Below are positions 1-11,760 of a DNA stretch of 64,000 nt, piece after piece. Numbering within the stretch: the stretch's first letter is position 1; every line of letters begins with the position of its first letter. Under the pieces are notes generated by a model, which worked only from the letters and a program-made list of their open reading frames with translations, was not told where the DNA came from and did not search any database. The stretch is from the human T2T-CHM13v2.0 reference genome, Homo sapiens. The DNA is taken from assembly GCF_009914755.1 (NCBI RefSeq), contig NC_060928.1. One strand, given 5' to 3'. A program made the position numbers and the translations under genes.

Positions 1-552
1 ACTGGAAGAATTTCATGTCCATGCATCATGAAATCTTCATAGCTCATGCTGAATGGCTGTTTTGTTTTATGATTTTTGATGTATGGTGCATTTTAGGTAT
101 TTACCCTGTGTTTAGGTTGTCTTGTCCTGATTTTCAATTTCTCATTCTTAAAATAATGTATTGCTAATTTTGACCCATCTTTTAATGGAGCTGCTCCTCG
201 TGCTGCCCATGCAAGCAAAGCAAGATAGCACGCTGGCAACCTAGTATCTTAGGGGCAAGTTTCAAGTGAAATCATTAATCGTGAGGTTGATCTGTGAGGT
301 TGTAAAGATAACTCCAAATAATACATCATTTGCCCTTGAATTTTGAGCAACCATGACACGTGATGAATAAATCTTTGGCAAACTCCTAATAGAAAAGTAG
401 TAGGAGGATGCCTAATGTGGAGTAACCAGGATCCAGTGGCCAGCGTATGTCTCTAGATAGATAGTAGCTCTGTGTATCACAGACTCTATCAGCATAAATC
501 CATTAGCACTACTAGAAAACTAACTGAAAATAGGTACCCATTTGCTTGACAA

Positions 553-885
553 TTGGTATTTATTCCATAATAAATTATCTGAAACCCTTGGAGCCAGATA
601 CATTTCAAAATTTGGAATCCTTCATATGTTATAAGACGTTATATGTTATGCATGTGTCATATATTATTTTAAAAATCTAAAAGTCTAAGGCCATGCTTTT
701 AATTAAACACATTATTTCTATAGTAAAACATATGAATATTCACACTAAGTGAGACAAAAAAGATGCAAATAGCCTTGCATTAATTCATATCAGGTTCGTT
801 GTAAACTTATGAAGGGGGAACAAGATCCTTTTGTTTTCCTAAGATATTTTGAAGACTGAATTTGGATTAGGGATTGTGCACCTGA
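553..885. mobile_element. MER46C-like TcMar-Tigger MITE
   Basis: tctgaaacccttggagccagatac...aaacatatgaatattcacactaagtg...tagggattgtgcacctg resembles the recalled MER46C consensus. Confidence 0.65.
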
Positions 886-892
886 AGCAAGT

Positions 893-1120
893 AATATTTA
901 TTGAGGGCTTACTGCATGTCAAAAATTATTATAGGTACTTTATATATATTAACACATTCAATTCTCACAGTAATTCTAAGAAATTAATACATTCTTAAAC
1001 ATTTATTACACAGATGAGGAAACTAAAATCAAGGAACTTGTCCACATTTATACAGCTGTGAAGTGACAAAGTTAGAATGTGAATCTAGATCACCTGGCTA
1101 CTGAGCCTGTTCTCTTAAAC
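893..1120 (-). mobile_element. MIR SINE
   Basis: Core acagatgaggaaact, aacttgtccac...acagct. Confidence 0.7.
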
Positions 1121-1199
1121 AATATCCTTTTTATTCCTGGAAGACTTCAGAGAGGAAAAAATCTCTACCTCCTTAAATCTCTCCAGGGGCTATGACCTA

Positions 1200-1415
1200 C
1201 TATTTACTGAACACCTACACGGCAGCCAGGACCATATTACGAGCTGTATAGACATTAACTCTTTTATCCCACAATAAATGGGGGAGTAGGTATTATTATC
1301 TCACATATAAGGAACTTGAAGCTCAGAAAAATTATGTCAGAAGTCACACAGCTTCTACGTGGTTGAGCCTGGAATCACACTGAGCAATACTGGGACTCTA
1401 AATCTCCTGCTCTTT
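1200..1415 (-). mobile_element. MIR SINE
   Basis: gtaggtattattatctc...gaagctcagaaa...aagtcacacagct. Confidence 0.65.
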
Positions 1416-2265
1416 TTAAAAGTTCATTGCTCTTTGCAGGAAGGGCCCAGGAATGGTACAGATGATGCCACAGCAAGGATTGATTGATTAGCCAGTGTTC
1501 CTATACTCTTCTATTTTGGTTAAATCAAGTGATCCTGTAATAAATTAAAAAACTCTTTGGAAATCTTAATGGCCTTTTTGTGGCCAGAGTGACACTTACT
1601 TAGATAACTATAAATTTCTCCTCTTCCAGAAAGTGTTCCTACATTTAGAGGATCACAAACTGCTGGTCTGAGTCAGTGATTCCCGCCCTGACCGTGAACT
1701 GTGATGTGTTTGCCTGTCCAGTCTTCCTAAATTCCCCAAACCGGCAAAAGGCAGGGATATTTTAGTTATTTACGTGAAAAAGCCAAGTCCAACTCACTTG
1801 TGCATCTTTTGGATCTTGTCTCCTCACCTCCAATCTTTATTAACTATGATAATAATCATCCAAAAAAAAGTTTTGGTTAACCAGCATTTAATTATTTTTT
1901 TCTCAGCCCTATCATATAAAATAAAAGTAAACAATTTTCTAACAGGTATTTTAAAATAAAGCATTTATTTAATCATTTGAGTAAAAGATATTTTCATTTA
2001 GACTAATGACAGTGAAGGGAATGTTAAAACATTTGTTGTAAAACATTTTTCACTGATCTTTTGTTTTTCTTGTTTACCCTTTTGTAAAACCTTTTGTAAG
2101 TCCACCAAATTTCACTAGCATTTAAGTGTGCTTCTAGAAAAAATAAGTCTTTGTGTAGAGGGAAGTCAAGAAACATAGAAAGAAAACCAAACACTTTAAA
2201 AAGGAAAAAAGGAAAAAGTTCCTGCATGTGGTTTTGTTTTGTGTTGTTTTGTTATTTTGTCTCTA

Positions 2266-2633
<368 letters not shown>

Positions 2634-3698
2634 TCAAGTAATGTTAATCATATGCCAGAGCTTGATGTTAATGAACAAATTGGAGGAATGGTGTGGGCAT
2701 CTGGGAAGTCCATACGTTGACTTAACAATCCGTTTATCTCACATGGCCAGCAAATTAAATAATATGTGAGTTAAACAAATAAATGATACATACAGTTTTA
2801 CATATCTGATCTTTAAGAAAACTCATTGGAAATATTTTAATACTAAATATAACATGTTCATACCTTCTCTCAGCAAATGCAAAGATCCATGTATCTCTAG
2901 CCTCAAGCCAAGGACCTGGAGTAGAGTGAGTGTCTGGGATTCTGACAGGATGCAAAACTCAGCATACTTAAAATCCTTCCTGGTGCAGAACTGTCTTCAA
3001 GTCTTAATGAGTCTACTGTGCTCTCCTATAATAATTTTGTCTCTAATGGGTTCTGAATTATGTAAGGCATCTTCTGGAAACATGAAATTCCTCTCTAAAC
3101 CTGGGCTTTCCTTGTTATTTCTAAAGATTCTATTATCTATCTGTCACTTCTTGTTGAGGTCATTGTAACAGCATCTAGCAGCATCTGCCCACCACCCATC
3201 CATCTACCCTGCCTAGTAAAAACAAAAATACTATGTTTTTGAGAGATAATCTGACTTCTTAAGAAAACATATAATTTTCTCCACTTTCCAAAATGTATAG
3301 TTTTAGGGAGGTTGTTTCATTCTTTTCACTAAGTAGTAAAATTTGTGACTCTGTGACATCTATTTCCTGTGCTACTCAGATTTTTTTTTCTCTTTCTCTG
3401 CAGACTGTAGCTTGTTCAGATGGTTATGAGTAGCAGTCATTGACCTCTAAATAACTCAGCTGTTATATTTTAAGAAGAAGCAATGGGTTGTAGTGGGAAA
3501 ACAGTAAATTGAAAGTCAAAACACTTATTCTTCGGCTTCAGCTCTCCCGTAGCTTGGACCCGTTCGCTGTTCCATCCTCCTTGCTATATGATTGAGGTGC
3601 TAAATTAAAGAGATGAACTTCATGTGGGAAGTACTTCATGTGTTATGAATTGTTCTAAGATTGTTTGCTAGTTTGATGGCTTAAAAACTGTTACTTTC

Positions 3699-3983
3699 TC
3701 CCAGCACTTTGGGAGGCCAAGGCAGGTGGATCATTTGAGGTCAGAAGTTCAAGACCAGCCTGGTCAACATGGTGAAACCCCATTGTATTTTGAAACAATA
3801 CAAAAATTAGCCAGGTGGTAGTGGTGCGCGCCTATAACTGTAGCTACTCAGGAGGCTGAGGCAGGAGAATCGCTTGAGCCTGAGAGGCAGAGGTTGCGGT
3901 GAGGCAAGATTGCACCACTGCACTCCAGTCTGGGCAACAGAGTGAGATCCTGTCTCAAAAAAAAAAAAAAGAAAAGAAAAAAA
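3699..3983 (+). mobile_element. Alu (5'-truncated)
   Basis: Starts at cccagcactttgggagg; A tail. Confidence 0.96.
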
Positions 3984-6900
3984 ACTCTACTTTCAAGAGA
4001 GATATTAACCTTATGTCTAGGAAAGGATCTTAACTTTCTAATAAGATGCAATGATTCTAGTAAATAGCATAACTTGGTTAAAATGGAAACCTCTACAAGT
4101 AATGCTAAGCAAGAACAGGATTTGATGGATACCATTTTTTTACTTCCAGTCTTCTCAAGGTTTGATATGATTGATGGGGTATGCGGGCGTTGAGAAATAC
4201 AGAAACAACAACAAAAAATTCTCTAAGGAACTGGCTTTATTGTGGAAAATGCTTACAGAGAATACTATTTTATTTTCCTGTTGTTCATTTGTATTGATTT
4301 ACTCAATGCCAGCTAAGATTTGTGATCAAGTGTCTTCCATCTTCACTGAGATCAAAATTTAAAACAACAGTACTAAAGCATAAAATAATGTTCTTAGATG
4401 TTAGAAAAGACATCCTTCAGTGAAAGACTAAGAAGAGTTACTAATTGTGAAAGGCTTTCCTCTATAATGCCACAAAAAAATAGGACAGTTTAAAAGTATG
4501 TCTTTTATGGAAAGAAGAAATAATTGCATGTGATGTTTATCTAAGATCCTGCATAAATTTTGTGTTGAAAAAATTCATAATATATGCATGCATAATTAAA
4601 ATAAGAAAATATGTAAACAAAGAAAAATACTTTTCCACTCATGCCCTTCTTTAATAAGTTGCATCGTAATACAGATTGCATTTGTTAATCATTGGTATTT
4701 CTTTGGAAGATTCACTTTAGTCAACCAAATTGGAAGTTTTGATTGCTTGTGATGAATCTCTTATAGCCCTTCTTGATTATTTTTCTAAATTTGATGACAA
4801 ACATTGCAACATGTCTCAGCCAATTAGGCTTGTCAACTTCCTCTGTGGTCCCCAATCAAGTGTTTTACTTTGGAAATGACAGGAGATCCTTATTAAAAGT
4901 CATGCTTCTTGGATAGAGATGTGGCAGCTTGCATGTATATGATGGCACAGAAGACAAGCTGCCTTTCGTTAAAAGCAATAGAGGAAATCAATTTTGGCAG
5001 AAAATACTCCAGACTGTGAAGTAAAGACTGAAGGAAAGAACTGAAGAGCATCTCACTTATAGCTGATTGGAGATTCAGTCAATCTATTTAATAAATGATT
5101 ATAATCTCTTATGAGCTGTAGGTAGTTTAGGTACACAAGTTAAAAAGTAAGAAGACTTGTTTGAGCATGAATATAGAATTACAAGCTGTTTATAATGCAT
5201 CTCAAACAACAGGAAAACAAGTGCAATGAATTTCAAACTAAAAACACAAATTAATCCCTGAAAAGCAGCCACCTGTATAAGTCACTGTGTAAGTGAAATG
5301 ACATATTGTGTGAGACATAAATGTGGAGAGATGATTGGAGACAATTCAGGGTCATTTCTGCAGGGAATAACAACCACATTCATAAAGATTTTTTTATATT
5401 TTAGAAGCTAAATTCCTGATTATTTTCCCATGTCCTTGCTATTCACTATCATAAGAAAAGAGGAGCAATTTGAATTTGTTGAAGCAGTGAAAAAAAAAAA
5501 AGGAAATATTTTGAGTAAAATGCAGACCTGATCTTACACTTTGCATTTCTATCCTTTTTTCCCCCTGTTCAAAGCATTTAGGTCAGGTTAAAAAAAAAAA
5601 AAAAAGAAAAGAAAAAAGGATCCCAAAATAGGAAATATTCTCAAAGAACTTGCAGTTTGTTCATTTAAACCAACTAGATTACAAAAACCACTAATAAAAT
5701 TTGTCAATAATTTGATTATTATAATGCATCTAAGATACGTATTTGAGAAACAGACAATTTAGGGTAAAAAAATGAGTGGGAAAGTACTTTTTTCTTTTGA
5801 TGAAAAAATTAAGAGAATCTGCTCACTTGTAAGTCAAATGGCAGCATCGGCAACTGGAATAAATAATTAACCTTACATTTTACCTACAGGAAAGGGTCAG
5901 CTAATTCTAGATTTCCGGTGTAGAACACTAGAATTTCCTTGTTAACGCTTAGTCAAGGGCATAAAAATCCCAGGACGCTGTTTCAATAATCGATGGGCCG
6001 ACAAATGTCAATACTTCAGTTACCCATCATTGAAGGAAAAAATGACAAACATTAGTGGCGAGCCTTCATTTAGGAGATTTAGCCAAGTAAAACGTCTAAA
6101 ATATCCTATACAAATGTTAAACTACAGGGGATGGGGTGTGGAAGCAAAAGCAGAAAGTGTACATATCTTGGGAATAATTTAAATAACTTCCTCTTCTATT
6201 TTAAACGAATCTACTAGGATTGTGCATATGCACATCTCACTGATTCCACTGGTTGCAAATATATTTTCAGAGGTCAAATTCGTCAGTCTTTAAGTCCCAA
6301 GCCTTGTAATAAAATGATACCATGTGATAACAACTGGAATGCAGTCATATTATGTTCTTTTGTTTGGCAATAAAAAACAATAAAACATTTTAAATAAAAC
6401 CCTTCAGGTTATTGCCTCAGAATCTGTTGAAGTAGAACAGGCTTTTCTCTCTCCCATTCTCTCTTTCTCAAACAAAGTCTGTAAAAACATGTTTAATATT
6501 TAGAAAATACATAACCATTCTCCAAAGACAGACACATGCTTTCAATTATACATACAGGTAATTATTAACTGTCATCTTTAATCTTGTTTCCTAAGAATTC
6601 TTTGTACATGATTTAGCCTTTTAGAAGTAAAAGTCATTTCCCATTCCATTGGACAGCACCATTAATTAGAGTACAGGCTAGTTCATCCAAAGTTTAGTAA
6701 CTTACCCGTATTCACCCAGTACATTACATTTCAGATAAGATGGCCTGTGTATTTTGATGTGAACACATCAGCACATATTAGGTCATTTGGCATGGTAGGA
6801 GGGGGGTGAGGGGATGTGGGCTAGGGTGGGCAGGTGCGTGATATTGCTAGTATGCTTATACCTGTAACTACTGGTTCCTTGCTTTTTAGTTTTTACCACA

Positions 6901-7423
6901 TAATGTGCTGTCAATTTAGGTTCTACTTATGAGTCACCCCATGTCTTAGAATGTATTTTAAATATAAGGTTTTGCATATTTGCATTCTATGAATAATGTA
7001 TAAGCAGGAAGAAATCCAATTGGCAAAAGCACACCACTTCTGGGATAATTTATAAATCCAGAAAATTGTCTATTTGGATTTAATAATTTTTCTTATGGAT
7101 GTGGAAAATATTAGCACCCATACAAATTTACCTATGTATTTAGAGCTTCTAACTGAGACCATCCTCATGTCCCTGTCCTGTAACAAACACACATATATCT
7201 GTTTCATCTACACACTTAAATGTATCATTTTGTCTACTTTCCTGTTCTATAATATTGGATGTCCTTGCAAAACCTTATCTTTGATGCACATGGGATTAAA
7301 AACTGTCCTATGGAATGATGAGCTAGAGGGTGTTGGGAAATGAGAAATAAGATGGTAAGGAATATATTTATATATTTCCTCTAATTTCATATAGATCAGG
7401 GGAGCCTGTTGAGGAGTGTCAAA

Positions 7424-7453
7424 TACTAATGGCTTATTCTCCTTGGATTTCAG
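7424..7453 (+). promoter_or_regulatory. Branch point and 3' splice site of the terminal exon
   Basis: TACTAAT (7424-7430, YTNAY consensus, branch A at 7429), then pyrimidine-rich cttattctccttggatttc and AG. Confidence 0.8.
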
Positions 7454-7830
7454 ATTCAAGGCCTCTTCCAGATGTAGCCCTGACTGGGAAGTGCACTCGT
7501 GAGTGTGATGAGTATGGCCACTCAGACTCCTGCTGGATGCCGGTCCGCACTTCTCCGGAGAGGAAGAAGAGCCAGCCTAAACTGTCCACTTTCATGCCTG
7601 TTGATGAACGAGGAAGCCAGGAAAAGCTGGCCAATGGGGAGGCCGCCATCATGGGTGACCGCAACAGAAACCTCCTGAACAAAAAGTTGACCTCATCCTA
7701 TGAGACCTTCAGTGCAGCTAGTTTCAGCAAAAATGAGGAAGCCAACCCTGAGGATATTCCCCTTACAAAAACAGGGGAATATAAGCCATCTCCTGTCAAT
7801 ACTCTCACTAGAAGAGAAGTTTACCTGTAG
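7454..7830 (+). CDS. PCDH7: Protocadherin-7, terminal coding exon of the long cytoplasmic-tail isoform (partial CDS; upstream exons lie outside the window)
   Basis: Translation SRPLPDVALTGKCTRECDEYGHSDSCWMP...NTLTRREVYL* contains the delta-protocadherin CM2 motif (CTRECDEYGHSDSCWMP, 7492-7542) and the PCDH7-type C-terminus REVYL (the paralog PCDH1 ends REIYL). Acceptor tttcAG at 7452-7453, phase 1; TAG at 7828-7830. The ORF-track Met at 7429 is intronic. Confidence 0.95.
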
Positions 7831-10614
7831 GCTATAAAGGAGCAACAGCAAAGTTCTTTACATGTATGAAAAGGAGAATAAGGGGCAAAAACCTTACAAA
7901 GCAAAACGTTTAATCACAAAGAGGGGGCTACCAAAGAGACAAAGCTTTGCCTGCCACTTCTGCCTCCAGATCAGGCCTTTAGTGATACTGTTAGCCTGAT
8001 TCTACTGTACAATGTAGAAACCATCCTTGTTACTTGCATGTCTAACCCCTTCACTGATTCCCAACACTCACTTTCTCTTCCCCACCCCTCTCCAAAAAAA
8101 AAAAAACAAAAAGAAAAGAAAAAAAAAGGGGGATAGTTGCAAGTTTCTTTCACAGTAACTGTACGAAGCCTGATTAGCAGAACACAACACACCCTCATTA
8201 TCCCTAAGCTGAAGCATGATTTTAGTCACTTTGATTTTGTTCGAGTGTCATCTGGCTGGTCAAAAATAAGCAGGACAGATAAAATGTATTTCAGACATAC
8301 CATCAGAAAATGGTTTATCACCATCAAAGGCAATCCTTTGAAAGTGATAGAGTCCCTCTAAAGGTACAGTCCTTAGAAAGAGGGACTGTATTAAAAAGTA
8401 TTTTGGGAATATCAAAGCTTTAATATTCCAACAAAGACTAAGAGAAAAACAATACTCAGTGGGTGATTGCAGTCCTAAATTGTCATATGTTGTTATTTTC
8501 AGGTCAAGAGCATCAACTTCAATTCCATACATTCACCAAATATTCTCAGTATACACACAGTCTTGATTACATGTATCAATTTCACCAGTTATGACTTCTA
8601 AAAATTATATATATTTTTTCAGAACAAGACCACTATTATTAACTAACTTGAACAATTGTATCATCCAAAGGCCAAAGATCATATGGCAGATCAGGGAAGT
8701 CATGAAGTTGATTTGGTCTTGACGTGGAAAACCATTAAACAACAAAAGCAACTGAACCCATGTATGCACAGAAACAATCAAACACTAGTTCATTTTATAG
8801 TGCCCAGGAAAATGTTCCTTCTTTTAAAATGGATTTTATTTGAAAGCGCAGAAAATGAAAACTAGTGAGATATATTTTTGGTATTATAATAGGCAATTGG
8901 TTGAGGTTCAAGTTTAGTTTCAGGTAATATTATCAGGGAAGATTCCATGTTTTAAAATAGTATTTATGGATCATGGGTAGGTTAAGAAAGATGCATTGGC
9001 ATATAGTCTTGATAGTTAAGTCCACGATTATCATTTTAGAATCCAGGCTATGCTTGCTGCTCTTTTTATCCACATTTTAAATTACAATTGCATTTTTTAC
9101 TTGTTCAGTGCACACTTTGATGCACCACAAGTGCATTAATTTTGAATCGTGTGCAATATAGAAATATTTTGAGACTCACAACATTGAAACAAGGTGACAC
9201 CCTAGTTGACTTTATCACTAATGTGATTTGAACATTATTTAAACAAATCTAGACTGAACATGAAAGAAAGGAGTTTTGGGCAGTGACATTTTTCACAGAA
9301 TGTATATCTCAAAGGTGAAAGCAGAGTTTTTCCAGTGCAATAAAAAGAAACAGAATATGCAGATTTTGAGCTACTCACTCTATAGAGGATAACCTAACAC
9401 GGCTGAAAATTGAGCTGGGACATTCAGACGAAAGTGACAATCCATGGACAGAATAGGGAATAACAGGTGTGAAGAGAACAAACTTATCACTGAATGTTTG
9501 CAAGCTGGTTAAGGCATAGCCTTGATGGCTCTCTAGCAAACTGTAGAAACAATGTAGCTTTGGGTAGTTTCATGCTTTGCAGAATTTCTTAGACTATAAA
9601 GTGACACAGCCTGGAATATAGGTTGATAATTCACTATAGGTCTTCAAAATACTTATCTTTGAAAACCGCTTCTCTGTTTGGTGGGGTACAATTTGGGGGT
9701 CATTTCCTTATGCTCTTTCTTAAATGGAGTTTTCATTTTGATGTTAGTTTATGTATAATAGGTAGGATGCAAAAAGATATGTAATTGAAACAAAAAACAT
9801 TGGACTAAAATATCAGTAATTGAACATGTTTATGTTTGATTATTATTTACACTATGGAAAGATGCAATTCTAGTACTTTGTTAGGAAACTGCATTAAAGC
9901 AGTTCTGCCTTGTATAATCTGTAAGTACCTATTAAGACAAAATACTTCTAAAGATACTTATGAAATGTATACACATTTTTTCTTGCACGTTACAAAGAAA
10001 ATACTCAATTGCATAACACGGATGTTTGACAAACTTTTTTTTTTTTAATGCATTTCTTTCTTTCATGAGACATTGAAACCACTGATAGCTCATTTCACCC
10101 TATCTTAAACCCTTCTCTTGTCTATAAAACTAATACGGGTCACACCGGACCTTCGGATTAATTGGATCCACATTCCCCAATGATGTTTGCACCCCATTCA
10201 AGATAGCCATGCCATTGTCATTTAACTCGTGAACCTCTCTTTAAAACTAAAATGGATGTGAAAGAATAAAATTCAGTGTACTGTAAGTATTCACAGTAAT
10301 TCTAGTAGAATTAGCTGTCATAACATGTTTATTATATAATGAGCTGGCATGACACAGAAATATATTTTGTGTTTGTATGACTTTTATTTTAAATAGGTTA
10401 AATCTGGTGCCACTCCATATATAGAGTGCTTTTGAAAAAAAATCAATAAAAAGAAACAAAAAAAATAAATGAGTGAATGCAAAATAAGCAACTGTGCCTT
10501 TTATACCTGTTGTTACGGTAAAAAAACGGTTGTTGGGTTTGGACAATGAGGGGAAATGGGCTATTCCCAACTTTTTTGATCCTGTATATTTGTCCATGTT
10601 TATTTTCTGAACAT

Positions 10615-10620
10615 AATAAA
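10615..10620 (+). terminator. Candidate proximal polyadenylation signal AATAAA
   Basis: Canonical hexamer preceded by TGTA and U-rich sequence (tgtatatttgtccatgttttatttt). Confidence 0.5.
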
Positions 10621-11331
10621 TAATATATTAAAAATTTGCCTTCTGACAAACTCAGATAATGGACCAGTCTTAAATATTGTTATGTCATAAAGCAAAGTTA
10701 AGGCATTAATATGGGCTGCTTAAATCTGACTAGAAGATGAAAGCGTTTATTGTAAGTGTAACACAGAGATACTATCAGGAGTGAAATCAGTCCATTTGGC
10801 AAGGTAAAATACTGATTTAGAGTTTTATTCTTTATTTCTTTTTTGTTGTGTTTCTTTCAGCTATGGTTTCATTTTGGTTGTACAGTATATAAACCATATT
10901 TGTTTTCTGTACACAAGACTCTCAAGTGAATTTTGCATGCATTATACATTAGGACACATTTATAAATTAATGAGTAACTATATAAATTTATGTGTATTAA
11001 AACGTCTGTAGCTTCAATCTAAAATCTACTGCTCTTTCTGAATCTCCAGATATCATTTCTGTATGGTTTCTGACTGGCCTGCTGCCTGAGTTTCAGAAAA
11101 CAAGGGAGGCATTATTTTTATGGGAGGAGGAACTAAGATGGTACTGAGGATGTCTGACTGAAACACTACCCTAGGAAGCTGTCTTGTAGGAAAATAGAAT
11201 AAAACACACAGACCAGAAGAAATTGTCAAGAAGCAAACAGCCATCCAAAAACAGTCATGAGAAATCTAAAGACCTAAATAATCTTAGGTATATGCTCTCA
11301 GTGAGAAATAAGAAAATGTGTCCTTAAGCAA

Positions 11332-11334
11332 AAA

Positions 11335-11366
<32 letters not shown>

Positions 11367-11370
11367 AAAA
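11332..11370 (+). repeat. (AAAT)8 microsatellite in the 3'UTR
   Basis: Direct reading. Confidence 0.95.
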
Positions 11371-11723
11371 AGTGAGCATGATCATGAATATAGTAAATCT
11401 TGTGAGTTGTGACCTAGGTGAAGGTGTAATGATAACATCTGGAGGAAGCATCATTTGTTCAGCTACCTAGGGTTTACTTTCAGACTTTTCCTACAGTTTA
11501 AAGCACTTGCGTTCAGTGTGGTACGATCTGTTTGTAATGTTAATCATTGACTATTGTTCTGCTACTTGGATGTTGATAGTGAAGCAGAGAACAATTTATC
11601 ATCGTTTATTATGAGTCACTATGCACGCAACTATGCTTAACATGGCGAAATGTATTAAACACTCGTCCAACTATTTATGAAATACTTTGCATAATTTAAT
11701 TTGCTTTTGTACAGTTTTATGTA

Positions 11724-11760
11724 AATAAATTGCTTGTCATTTTTGTCTCTGCAAATTAAA
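11724..11760 (+). terminator. Candidate distal polyadenylation signals (AATAAA, ATTAAA)
   Basis: TGTA-flanked AATAAA at 11724 and ATTAAA at 11755; CA dinucleotides about 11773-11786. Confidence 0.6.

Noticed and set aside
7434-7682. 82-aa antisense ORF over the PCDH7 exon
   Set aside because: Shadow ORF of the coding strand with no independent support
8095-8127. A-rich tract after the stop codon that could look like a poly(A) tail or processed-pseudogene end
   Set aside because: Genomic A-run inside the UTR; the exon has a genuine intron upstream and no TSDs. It is a likely oligo-dT internal-priming site
10145-10160. C(UUCG)G tetraloop-like sequence in the 3'UTR
   Set aside because: The supporting stem is at most about 4 bp with mismatches
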